This document shows positions 25,561 to 34,086 of a stretch of 34,086 nucleotides of DNA, one piece after another. A model generated the notes under the pieces. That model had not been told where the DNA came from. It saw nothing but the letters and a program-made list of their open reading frames with translations, and made no database searches. The DNA comes from Rhodoluna sp. Its GTDB lineage: Bacteria; Actinomycetota; Actinomycetes; Actinomycetales; Microbacteriaceae. Within the stretch, counting starts at the first letter, position 1, and every line of letters starts with the position of its first letter. Position numbers and translations under genes: made by a program. The DNA is taken from the NCBI GenBank assembly GCA_044338475.1, contig JBIIXH010000001.1, forward strand, positions 1 through 34,086. The letters are read 5' to 3'.

Positions 25561-26583
25561 CTAGTCTTCGGAGCTGGCCGAATTCCCAGAGAATGCCTCA
25601 TCAAAAGATTTATCTGGACTCTTCCAAAGCAAACTCTTTATAAAGCCCACTGCCTCCGCTGCACCATGGAGGCGATCCATTCCGGCATCTTCCCACTCCA
25701 CCGAGATGGGGCCTTGATACCCAATTGTTCTCAAAGCTCTGAAGCTTGACTCCCAGTCCACATCTCCTCGACCGGTGGAAACAAATGACCAACCTCTTCT
25801 CGGGTCAGCCCAATTCAAGTGAGAACCCATGCGACCCCTGCGTCCATCGTTACGGAACACTCTGGTGTCTTTGCAGTCCACGTGATAAATCCTGTCGGCA
25901 AAATCAAGAATGAAGTTAACCGGGTCAATGTCTTGCCAAATCATGTGACTTGGATCCCAGTTCAACCCAAAGGCTTTGCGGTGATTAATCGCCTCCAGAG
26001 CCAACTTTGTTGTGTAGTAGTCGTAGGCGATTTCCGAGGGGTGTACTTCGAGAGCAAACTTCACACCTTCGGAATCAAACACATCCATAATTGGATTCCA
26101 TCTGTTGGCAAAGTCTTCGTAACCTTGGTCAATTACTGATTGCGAAACCGGTGGAAACATTGCCACGTATTGCCAGATGGAAGAACCAGTAAATCCGACT
26201 ACAGTGTCAACTCCAAGTTTTCTAGCAGCTATCGCTGTTAGTTTCATTTCCTCGGCGGCCCGATTCCGAACGCCCTCTTGGTCTCCGTCACCCCAGACTT
26301 TTGGTCGGACAATACCCTTGTGCCTAAAATCAATCGGGTCGTCACACACTGCTTGCCCAGTCAGGTGATTTGATATTGCCCAGGTCTGTAACCCATGACG
26401 CTTGAGAACATCCTGCCTTTCGGAAAGATACTTAGGATCCTCAGCTGCCCTCCAAACATCTAAATGTTCCGCGCTGCAGGCAATCTCCACCCCGTCATAT
26501 CCCCACCCCGCGGCCAGCCCAGCAACTTCGTCGAGCGTTAAATCCGCCCATTGGCCAGTAAACAGTGTTATCGGATGACTCAT
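25561..26583 (-). CDS. Sugar phosphate isomerase/epimerase family (xylose-isomerase-like TIM barrel)
   Basis: TLFTGQWADL, GYDGVEIAC, ALEVHPSE, NWDPSH, YHVDCKD, GRGDVDW, ISVEWED. SD GGAGG upstream. Confidence 0.88.
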   Translation of the reverse strand: MSHPITLFTGQWADLTLDEVAGLAAGWGYDGVEIACSAEHLDVWRAAEDPKYLSERQDVLKRHGLQTWAISNHLTGQAVCDDPIDFRHKGIVRPKVWGDGDQEGVRNRAAEEMKLTAIAARKLGVDTVVGFTGSSIWQYVAMFPPVSQSVIDQGYEDFANRWNPIMDVFDSEGVKFALEVHPSEIAYDYYTTKLALEAINHRKAFGLNWDPSHMIWQDIDPVNFILDFADRIYHVDCKDTRVFRNDGRRGRMGSHLNWADPRRGWSFVSTGRGDVDWESSFRALRTIGYQGPISVEWEDAGMDRLHGAAEAVGFIKSLLWKSPDKSFDEAFSGNSASSED

Positions 26584-26692
26584 GACCTACCTCCGAAATT
26601 TGAATTACAAGTAGTAAAAAGAACCTTAGCAAATCTCAAGAGCTTACTGGTTGCCAGATTCTCACCAGTCAAGTTAGAGATCCACCTAGCAA

Positions 26693-28078
26693 CTAGCCCA
26701 AGTGAGTCGGGTCAAAAACTTTTCCTGGGTTCAATATGTTCTTTGGGTCAAATAGCTTCTTGATTCCCCACTGAAGCCGCCATTGTGGTTCTCCAAGTTC
26801 TTCCATCAACCACTGCCTCTTGAGCAACCCAACACCATGTTCACCGGTCAGCGTTCCTCCAAGAGAGATGGCTTTCTGAAAAATTGCGTCGGCGGCCTTC
26901 CATATAATCTCGGGGACTTCTTCTCCCGAGTAAACAAAGTTTGGGTGCAAGTTGCCGTCGCCCGCGTGAGCCACGGTGGGGATCTCAATACCAAACTCTT
27001 TTTCAATTTCTCGAATTGCAGACAACATTTCACCCAGTCGAGAGATTGGTACTGCAACATCCTCGATTAGAACATTTCCCTTTTCGTTGAGGGCCGGCAG
27101 CATCGATCGCCTAAAACTTAGAAGCTCTTCCCCGTCGGCTTCAATTTGGACACTGAGTCCGAGATCTTTCCATATCCTAGAAATCTGATGCGCCAAATCC
27201 TCTGCCCCAGCACCGTCTGTTTGAGCAATCAGGATATTTGATCCCACACCAGACACTTCCTTGCCGAGGTGTTGAGAAATATATCGCGAGCATGGCTCGT
27301 CAATCAATTCAAAGACACTTGGTTGCATACCCTGTCGAATTGTCTCTTGAATTGCTTTTGCGACAGTTGCAATTTCTGACGCTGAGCCACTGAGCGTCCA
27401 GGTTTGATAAGTGTCGATTGGCTTGAGGGCTACTTTGGCCTCAGTAATCACAGCTAGAGTTCCCTCACTTCCAACCATTAGCCCCACTAGGTCATATCCA
27501 GTTACGCCCTTAACGGTTTCGTGACCCATACGAAGAATCTCACCGTCAGCCATAACCACGGTCAACTCTCTAACGGCTTCCCGAGTTACGCCATATTTTG
27601 CACATAACAGTCCGCCAGCGTTGGTGGCAATGTTGCCCCCAACTGTCGACCAAATTCTGCTCGCAGGGTCTGGTGCAAACCAAAGACCATGGCCCTGGGC
27701 CGCCAAGTTCAAGTCCTGATTTATTACACCTGCTTCAACATGAGCCCAACGATTCTCTGTTGAAATCTCCAGAATGCGATTCATCTTTTCTAAAGAGAGA
27801 ACTATCTCCCCAGCTGAACCAATTGCGCCGCCAGCCAAACCGCTACCACCACCTCTAACTACTACCGGTGTGTTGGAACGGTTTGCAATCTGCATCACGA
27901 TTGCCACATCTTCAGTCTTTAAAGCTTTAACAACACATATCGGATCAGTGGAACTTACTTTGCCTGAACGATCAGCGCGCGCGATTGCCAAGCTCTCTTG
28001 GTCTGTCAAGACAGCGTCGCCAAGAGCATCTATGAGCTGTCCCAGAACAACGCTTTTGCTTTCGGCAATACCGGCCAC
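26693..28078 (-). CDS. FAD-linked 2-hydroxyacid oxidase/dehydrogenase (GlcD / D-lactate dehydrogenase family)
   Basis: RGGGSGLAGG, PDPAS, TVGGNIATNAGG, KYGVTR, GYDL...GSEGTL, EDVAVP, HAGDGNLH, GEHGVG, FDPKNILNPGK. Start moved to GTG 28078 after SD GAAGGA. Confidence 0.9.
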   Translation of the reverse strand: MAGIAESKSVVLGQLIDALGDAVLTDQESLAIARADRSGKVSSTDPICVVKALKTEDVAIVMQIANRSNTPVVVRGGGSGLAGGAIGSAGEIVLSLEKMNRILEISTENRWAHVEAGVINQDLNLAAQGHGLWFAPDPASRIWSTVGGNIATNAGGLLCAKYGVTREAVRELTVVMADGEILRMGHETVKGVTGYDLVGLMVGSEGTLAVITEAKVALKPIDTYQTWTLSGSASEIATVAKAIQETIRQGMQPSVFELIDEPCSRYISQHLGKEVSGVGSNILIAQTDGAGAEDLAHQISRIWKDLGLSVQIEADGEELLSFRRSMLPALNEKGNVLIEDVAVPISRLGEMLSAIREIEKEFGIEIPTVAHAGDGNLHPNFVYSGEEVPEIIWKAADAIFQKAISLGGTLTGEHGVGLLKRQWLMEELGEPQWRLQWGIKKLFDPKNILNPGKVFDPTHLG

Positions 28079-28213
28079 AGAGTTTCCTTCGATTAGGTAT
28101 CCCAAGAATAACCTGAACCAGTTATCAAACCAACAAGAGCTTTGCTGCCCCAGCTAGTATTAGGCCAATAGATTTTCCTAACTCAAATTCCTCACCTCGA
28201 GAAAGGCAAACCG

Positions 28214-29077
28214 ATGAAGCTTATGAGAGTTGGCAACGTTGGAGCGGAACGGCCCGCTGTAGCCATTGACGAATCTCGTTATGTGGACGTCTCGGATCTA
28301 GTTTCAGACTTTGACTCAGACTTCTTTGGCTCCAATGGGTGGCTCGAGATTCAGCCGGAACTAAACAGAAGAATCAGCGAGCAGAGATTCAGTGAGCTGG
28401 CTGGTCAACGCATCGGGGCCCCGTTTACCCGCCCGCATCAAATCATCTGCATCGGGCTAAATTACGCTGATCACGCCAAGGAGTCAGGAGCTGAGGTTCC
28501 CTCAGAACCAATAATTTTCACGAAAGCCCCTAACACCCTTATCGGGCCAGATGATTCAGTAAGAATTCCTAAGCAATCACTCAAGACTGACTGGGAGGTT
28601 GAGCTCGGGGTTGTTGTTGGCAAGCGGGCACGATACTTGGCGAGCCCAGCCGATGCTGCCAAGCACATCGCAGGATATGTTCTTTGCAATGATGTCAGCG
28701 AACGAGAATTTCAATTAGAGAGACAAGGACAATGGTCCAAGGGAAAAAGTTGCGAAACATTTAATCCGGCAGGACCATGGCTAGTCACCCCAGATGAGAT
28801 GAGTGACGTTTCAGATTTGAAGATGCGTCTTAGCCTCAATGGTGAAATCAAACAGAACAGCTCCACCGCCCAAATGGTTTTCAAGCCAGACTTTTTAATT
28901 TATTACCTTAGCCAGTTCATGGTGCTGGAGCCAGGGGATCTCATCAACACCGGAACACCTCCAGGTGTCGGGCTTGGGCAAAAGCCACCGCTTTATCTAA
29001 AAGACGGTGACCTGATGGAACTTGAAATTGAAGGATTGGGAAAACAATCCCAAAAGGTTGTTACCTACAACTCCTAA
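28214..29077 (+). CDS. Fumarylacetoacetate hydrolase family protein, LRA6-like 2,4-diketo-3-deoxy-acid hydrolase candidate
   Basis: MKLMRVG..GAERP, CIGLNYADH..E, KTDWEVELG, NDVSEREFQ, GQWSKGKS, TGTPPGVG. SD GAAAGG upstream. Confidence 0.88.
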   Translation: MKLMRVGNVGAERPAVAIDESRYVDVSDLVSDFDSDFFGSNGWLEIQPELNRRISEQRFSELAGQRIGAPFTRPHQIICIGLNYADHAKESGAEVPSEPIIFTKAPNTLIGPDDSVRIPKQSLKTDWEVELGVVVGKRARYLASPADAAKHIAGYVLCNDVSEREFQLERQGQWSKGKSCETFNPAGPWLVTPDEMSDVSDLKMRLSLNGEIKQNSSTAQMVFKPDFLIYYLSQFMVLEPGDLINTGTPPGVGLGQKPPLYLKDGDLMELEIEGLGKQSQKVVTYNS

Positions 29078-29082
29078 GAAAT

Positions 29083-30471
29083 CTATTTTCTGAGACCAGC
29101 GCTCCCGAACCAGCTGAAAGCCGAAATTGTCCAACCCTGCAGAAGTTGAGGTGGCTGACAAATTCTGTTGGATGCTCCAATAACTGGGTCCCAGACGTCA
29201 ATCACAAACCTGCTCACTCCACACTTTTCAGTTTCGTCCGAACGAAACAATTCTGGGTAGCAACCAATTTGCTCAATTGCTTTAACCGTCTTGCTGGAAA
29301 CCTCGAGAGCCTCTTTCCTAGCACCGTGCCTGAGAAGCCCTCTGGTTATCAAAGCCGCATCCATTGGCCAACTGCTTCCAGTGTGATATCCACCAGGACG
29401 GTATCTCGGATTAGATTTTCCAAGCGTCCGAATTCCATTTTCCCCAAGAATCTCTGGATCAGTGACGCTATCGACCAACTGTTTCACATACTCATGGCTG
29501 TCTTGACCGGCAAGAATCTCAGAATCTAGTAATCGCCACTGATTGCTCGCCATAGCATCAAGCAGCACCTCTTGGTCATTTACAACTCCAAGCCCCATAG
29601 CAAATCGGTCGCCGAGCCACCATTGACTAAGGAGAGTGTTTTTGAGCTCATTCGCCAAAGAAATCAATTCGGATGGAGTAATTGACCAGCGGTTAGAACA
29701 CAGTTGGGAAATTCTAGAGGCAGCCATCAAGGCATCAAAACACTGGCTTATTGTTTCAATCGAAACAGTATCTTGCCCGGTTGCGACTTCACCTCGGTTG
29801 GTTAGATATGAATCTCCCGAATCCTTCCAAACCTGATTCAGGATTCCCTTCGGATTACTGCGCGAGCTTCGAACGAAACCATTACCAGATTGCAGTCGGC
29901 CAATTATCCAAAGCGTTGCTCTCTCAGCGCGAACAGCTAACCGGTGCCCGTCAATTTCTCTGTCGAGAAACGAATTGTCAGATTGAACAACCTCATCAAG
30001 AGCTATCAGCCACAATAAAGTGGCATCTACGGAGCCATAGTAAGGAAACTGCCAACCACTCTCAGATGAAATTTTCTTCGCTTGCGGATCGTTGACATCT
30101 CTAACTTCGTGAGGGATTCGACCAGGCTCCTCCTCGCTATCAGGATTGACGGATTCACCCTGCGATGCTGCCAGAGCACAAACAGTGTTTACCTGCAAAG
30201 AAGGGTCTTTAGAGTGCAGCAACGAAGAAATTATTAGAGAGTCGCGCCCAAACAGGCACCTAAATAAACCCTGCTCAGGCACGTTTTCATGATGTTCGAA
30301 AGTACCCGATGCAAAAGGAACTTTCCATTGACCGACCACTCCGCTAGAGAGCCTGAGGGCAGTTTCAATATCTGGCCGCTGACTCGAATCAAAAACCTTG
30401 TCATCGACCCTTAGAACCTCCTCAGCCAAAAGGACTTCTTCACCTGCAAGCATGTCGGCAGTGGGGATCAT
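29083..30471 (-). CDS. (alpha/alpha)6-barrel glycosidase, amylo-alpha-1,6-glucosidase/MGH1-like family (catalytic domain only)
   Basis: LFGRDSLI, EEPGRIPHE, YYGSVDATLLW, NQVWKDS, YHTGSSWPMD, PELF, QGW. Start uncertain. Confidence 0.8.
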   Translation of the reverse strand: MIPTADMLAGEEVLLAEEVLRVDDKVFDSSQRPDIETALRLSSGVVGQWKVPFASGTFEHHENVPEQGLFRCLFGRDSLIISSLLHSKDPSLQVNTVCALAASQGESVNPDSEEEPGRIPHEVRDVNDPQAKKISSESGWQFPYYGSVDATLLWLIALDEVVQSDNSFLDREIDGHRLAVRAERATLWIIGRLQSGNGFVRSSRSNPKGILNQVWKDSGDSYLTNRGEVATGQDTVSIETISQCFDALMAASRISQLCSNRWSITPSELISLANELKNTLLSQWWLGDRFAMGLGVVNDQEVLLDAMASNQWRLLDSEILAGQDSHEYVKQLVDSVTDPEILGENGIRTLGKSNPRYRPGGYHTGSSWPMDAALITRGLLRHGARKEALEVSSKTVKAIEQIGCYPELFRSDETEKCGVSRFVIDVWDPVIGASNRICQPPQLLQGWTISAFSWFGSAGLRK

Positions 30472-30584
30472 GGATATAGCAACTCACTTCTTTGGCGGAG
30501 ACCTCTTGCGGTAAGGGAGGTTGGTAAAGCTGAAATTACTGCATAAGGTATGACTAATAGAACTCTAGGAGATGTAAGGGCATC

Positions 30585-32387
30585 ATGGAAAAAGTGTCAG
30601 CCGGAAAGCTACAAGTCGCCCGAGTGGGTGGAACAGACCTCGGTGTTATCTCTCAGAGTTGGGAAGAATCGGGCTGGGCAAGCGCTGAGGTCAAGCTTCT
30701 GAGAACTTTCAGCTGGGATGCAAAAGACAGAGCATTTGAAACCATTGAAATTGGATTGTCGTCAGCCAAGCCCCTGATTGCAGTTTGTGGACCATACGCC
30801 ACTGCCGACGCGGCAGCTTGGAATGTGGATCCAGATTCGGATGTGGGCTTTCCAGAAAACAAGGACTACGACGGAGTTTTGTACCTAGTTCGAGGTAAGC
30901 CAGCAGAAGCCCCAGACCGCTATCAAGACGCTGCTGGCTGGATTTCCATATGTGGTAAAGGCACTGACGGGAATGACAAATTTATGGTTTTGGCTTTGGA
31001 GAAGAGCAACACTCAGCTCGTTTACATGAGCTTGGAAGAAGAAGTTCTAAGTGTTTGTCTAGTTTTACCAAAGCAGATATATCCAATTGCTTCTTGCGGG
31101 GAGTTCATAGATTTACCGCAGATGCAAATAGCCAGTGGTTTTGGTTCCAAAGAGTTAGCACAATCAAAGCTCCGAGAACTAATCTCCGCAGCTATTCCAG
31201 AAAGAGCAAGAGACTACTCGGCCCCATTGATTGTTGATACTTGGGGTTTTGGAACAAACGTGGACCAAGACCTGGTTGCAGCAGTTGGCGCAACCGCTAA
31301 GGAGCTGAGTCTCGAAATTCTAACCGTGGATAAAGGTTGGGAAAAAATAGTCGGCGATTGGATGCCAGGTCCGCACTTTCCAGACTCAATGGCGGGGCTT
31401 ACTAACATAACTATCAAGAGCGGAACTCGCCTTGGCTTGTGGGCTTCATTAGGAAACGCTGATCCAATTTCTGATGTTGCTACCGCTCACCCAGATTGGA
31501 TTGCAAAGTGGCGGGGAAAAACTCAGGTCGTCTCGCACAAAACGAGCTCTCTCTGCCTTGGCCATGGTCCAGTAATTGAGCACCTTGCCAGCTCAATAGC
31601 GAATCTTGCAGAAAATGGCCTCACTTGGTTACTTCATGATTTTGAGACCATTAGCCGGTGTGACAGCGATAGGCACGACCACCCAGCGGGCCTTGGTGAG
31701 GACTGGGCTGTGAGAGGTTGGTATCGCTTGCTTTCTGAGTTTAGAAAGAAGTATCCAGCTGTTTGGATTGAGAACTGTTGGAACGGTGGGCGACCACTTG
31801 ATCTTCAGATGCTGGCTCATCACGACACAACGATTGGGGATGACTGGTGTGATGTTAGGCACAACGCAGTGGCCAAGGTTGGTCTAGGACAGTATCTACC
31901 AGCGCACTGGTGCTCTAGTTATATGTCAGATCAGAACTCACTTCCCCTTCGATCTCAACTTGCTATCTATGCAATCGGCGGCCCATGGATCTTAATGGGG
32001 GACATACCAAATTGGTCCGCTGAAAAGCTTGAGCTTGCGAAGGATGTCATGCAGGTTTATCGAGACTGGCGACCGATGTTTCCGACGGGGTCGGTACGCT
32101 GGGCTGCTATTTCGGGTTGGCAGCCGGACTCAAGATGGAGAGCGGACCAGGAGATACTTGCTCTTTCATTCGTTCACGAATCTGGTAAGGAGCTAATGGC
32201 CTGCGTAGTAACTGAAGCAATTGGGGTCAAGGAGATTTTCTGGCACCCGTCCCATAAGGGTCCAGTAAAAGTCGTCAATGAGTTCACGGGAGAATCCACT
32301 CTTTACAGTGAAGACCAGGCTCGCGCGGGAGTCGCTATTCCAGCCAATACCGCTGAGGGCTATCTCTTTAGTGCGGTACCCGCCTAG
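30585..32387 (+). CDS. Divergent GH36/clan GH-D alpha-galactosidase-like protein
   Basis: DTWG, VDKGWE..VGDW...HFPD, GLWASLG, HPDWI, nucleophile-position LLHDF, IENCWNGG, IGDD. SD AAGGG or GGAG upstream. Confidence 0.75.
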   Translation: MEKVSAGKLQVARVGGTDLGVISQSWEESGWASAEVKLLRTFSWDAKDRAFETIEIGLSSAKPLIAVCGPYATADAAAWNVDPDSDVGFPENKDYDGVLYLVRGKPAEAPDRYQDAAGWISICGKGTDGNDKFMVLALEKSNTQLVYMSLEEEVLSVCLVLPKQIYPIASCGEFIDLPQMQIASGFGSKELAQSKLRELISAAIPERARDYSAPLIVDTWGFGTNVDQDLVAAVGATAKELSLEILTVDKGWEKIVGDWMPGPHFPDSMAGLTNITIKSGTRLGLWASLGNADPISDVATAHPDWIAKWRGKTQVVSHKTSSLCLGHGPVIEHLASSIANLAENGLTWLLHDFETISRCDSDRHDHPAGLGEDWAVRGWYRLLSEFRKKYPAVWIENCWNGGRPLDLQMLAHHDTTIGDDWCDVRHNAVAKVGLGQYLPAHWCSSYMSDQNSLPLRSQLAIYAIGGPWILMGDIPNWSAEKLELAKDVMQVYRDWRPMFPTGSVRWAAISGWQPDSRWRADQEILALSFVHESGKELMACVVTEAIGVKEIFWHPSHKGPVKVVNEFTGESTLYSEDQARAGVAIPANTAEGYLFSAVPA

Positions 32388-32409
32388 ATTAACTGAGGCT
32401 TTCACCTCT

Positions 32410-32415
32410 TACAAT
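32410..32415 (+). promoter_or_regulatory. Putative -10 hexamer (TACAAT) for a leaderless M13 peptidase transcript
   Basis: TACAAT followed by 7 nt (TAAGGCC) and ATG 32423, the same geometry as at trhO. Confidence 0.55.
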
Positions 32416-32422
32416 TAAGGCC

Positions 32423-34086
32423 ATGACTGTTTCTCCTGGCATTGATGCCCAAGCCCTAAACCCAGCAACCAGGCCCCAAGATGACCTGTTTCGACATGTC
32501 AACGGAACCTGGCTCGACAAAACAGAGATTCCAGAAGATAAGGCCATCTACGGCTCTTTTCACATGCTTGCCGATGCATCCGAGGAAGCAGTGAAGCTGA
32601 TCCTGGAAGAAGCCTCAGCTAATCCAGCACCTGGTGTTAGCCAGCAAATCGGAGATCTCTACGCATCATTCCTAGATGAAGAAAAAGCCAACGCCTCAGG
32701 CGCCAAGCCAATCGAAGCAGACCTTGCCAGGATCAAAGCCCTTTCAAATCTTGCCGAAGTAACAACAATGCTTGGTGAATTTGAAAGAACCGGCGTGAGT
32801 GGTCTGTTTGGAATGTATGTCGATAACGACCCAAACGACCCAACTAGATACCTGGTGAATCTTTACCAGGGCGGGCTTGGACTTCCTGACGAGGCCTACT
32901 ACCGCGAAGAAAAGCACCAGAGCATCCGCGATGCGTATTTGATTCACATTCAAAAGATGCTCCAGCTAGCTGGCTGGGAACAAACCGCAGCTAAAGAATC
33001 CGCTGCAACCATCTTTGAATTCGAAACTAAGTTGGCTTCAAATCACTGGAACAACGTCGAAACCAGAGACGCCGAGAAAACTAACAACCTCACAAACTTT
33101 GATTCACTAAAGAAGCTAACTTCCACTTTTGATTGGAACTTGTGGTTTGAGGGCGGAAACATAAGCCCGAAGGTTCTAAACGAGTCGATTGTGATGATGC
33201 CATCATTCTTTGAATCCCTAAAGGAAACTTTCTCTGAATTAAATCTTGAAGCAATAAAGCTTTGGATGAGCTGGAAGCTAATTAGTCAAGCAGCGCCTTA
33301 TCTGTCTCAAGATTTTGTTGACGAGAGATTTAGTTTCTACGGAACTACTTTGACTGGAGCACCGATGAACCGCGCTCGCTGGAAGCGAGCGGTTAGCTTG
33401 GTCGAAGAGTCTCTCGGTGAAGCTGTTGGAAAAATTTATGTCGAGAAGTATTTTCCAATTGAAGCCAAAAAGCGCATGGACGAGTTGGTTCAGTATCTAA
33501 TCGATGCTTACAAGCACAGCATCGAGAATCTCTCCTGGATGAGCGATGAGACAAAGAAGAAAGCTCTTGTGAAGCTCACTAAGTTCACTCCAAAGATTGG
33601 TTACCCGGTGAGGTGGAAGGATTACTCGAGCATCAAAATTGATCGAAATGATTTGATCTCGAATGTTAAAAACGTCAACTCTTGGAGCCTAGATCGCGAG
33701 ATGAAGAAGATTGGTTCCCCGCTAGATCGTGACGAGTGGTTCATGACCCCTCAAACCGTCAACGCCTATTACAACCCAGGCTTCAATGAGATTGTTTTCC
33801 CCGCAGCTATTTTGCAGCCGCCGTTTTTCTCGCCTGATGCCGATGACGCTGTGAACTTCGGAGCAATCGGTGCGGTTATCGGTCACGAGATTGGTCACGG
33901 GTTTGACGATCAGGGATCCAAGTACGACGGAGATGGAGCACTAATTAGCTGGTGGAGTGACGAAGACCGTTCCGCTTTCGAGAAACTAACTTCCAGTCTG
34001 ATTTCACAGTTCAATGAACTCTCTCCCGAGCAACTATCTGATGACAACAAGGTAAACGGCGAACTCACCATCGGAGAGAACATCGG
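32423..34086 (+). CDS. pepO: M13 family zinc metalloendopeptidase (PepO/Zmp1-like), 3' end beyond window edge
   Basis: Absent from the ORF track because no stop lies in the window. Manual translation gives MTVSPGIDAQALNPATRPQDDLFRHVNGTWL...QGGLGLPDEAYY...KIGYP...TPQTVNAYYNP..NEIVFPAAILQPPFF...GAVIGHEIGHGFDDQG (HExxH)...TIGENIG. Confidence 0.95.
   Translation, partial: MTVSPGIDAQALNPATRPQDDLFRHVNGTWLDKTEIPEDKAIYGSFHMLADASEEAVKLILEEASANPAPGVSQQIGDLYASFLDEEKANASGAKPIEADLARIKALSNLAEVTTMLGEFERTGVSGLFGMYVDNDPNDPTRYLVNLYQGGLGLPDEAYYREEKHQSIRDAYLIHIQKMLQLAGWEQTAAKESAATIFEFETKLASNHWNNVETRDAEKTNNLTNFDSLKKLTSTFDWNLWFEGGNISPKVLNESIVMMPSFFESLKETFSELNLEAIKLWMSWKLISQAAPYLSQDFVDERFSFYGTTLTGAPMNRARWKRAVSLVEESLGEAVGKIYVEKYFPIEAKKRMDELVQYLIDAYKHSIENLSWMSDETKKKALVKLTKFTPKIGYPVRWKDYSSIKIDRNDLISNVKNVNSWSLDREMKKIGSPLDRDEWFMTPQTVNAYYNPGFNEIVFPAAILQPPFFSPDADDAVNFGAIGAVIGHEIGHGFDDQGSKYDGDGALISWWSDEDRSAFEKLTSSLISQFNELSPEQLSDDNKVNGELTIGENI

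Noticed and set aside
26646-26669. Small inverted repeat ACTGGT...ACCAGT between the GlcD-like and TIM-barrel genes
   Set aside because: Only 6 bp with a 12-nt loop and no U-tract; within chance expectation.
32388-32409. Possible att site, target-site duplication or terminator at the right island edge
   Set aside because: No matching direct repeat found by eye at the left edge (750-822); the GAGG/CCTC stem is only 4 bp.

Overview
A ~31.6 kb carbohydrate-utilisation island (823-32387, 24 CDS) lies between two divergently oriented housekeeping-type genes that both run off the window: a TrhO/UPF0176 rhodanese gene (- strand, 749 to <1) and an M13 metallopeptidase (+ strand, 32423 to >34086). 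Protein style, a CUT1 ABC importer with no ATPase of its own, apparently leaderless flanking genes and roughly 50% GC by eye suggest a low-GC actinobacterium, possibly a small-genome aquatic Microbacteriaceae (inference only). The island encodes cytoplasmic glycosidases (GH2, GH38, two GH36-like, one (alpha/alpha)6 GDE/MGH-like), an unassigned Asp-box beta-propeller-like protein, a lipoprotein-dependent sugar importer and a lone MsbA-type exporter. It also carries a redox toolkit of three Gfo/Idh/MocA enzymes, two xylose-isomerase-like TIM barrels and ThuA. A complete-looking non-phosphorylative diketo-hydrolase route is present: mutarotase, SDR, lactonase, MR-type dehydratase, LRA5-like SDR, LRA6-like FAH hydrolase and a GlcD-like oxidase. 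I recognise no sugar kinase or aldolase. One DgoR-like FadR regulator is present, and a CATCATAYNATD-type motif recurs at several island promoters. I found no integrase, transposase, tRNA, rRNA or CRISPR array. Family calls come from motifs read by eye; substrates are hypotheses.
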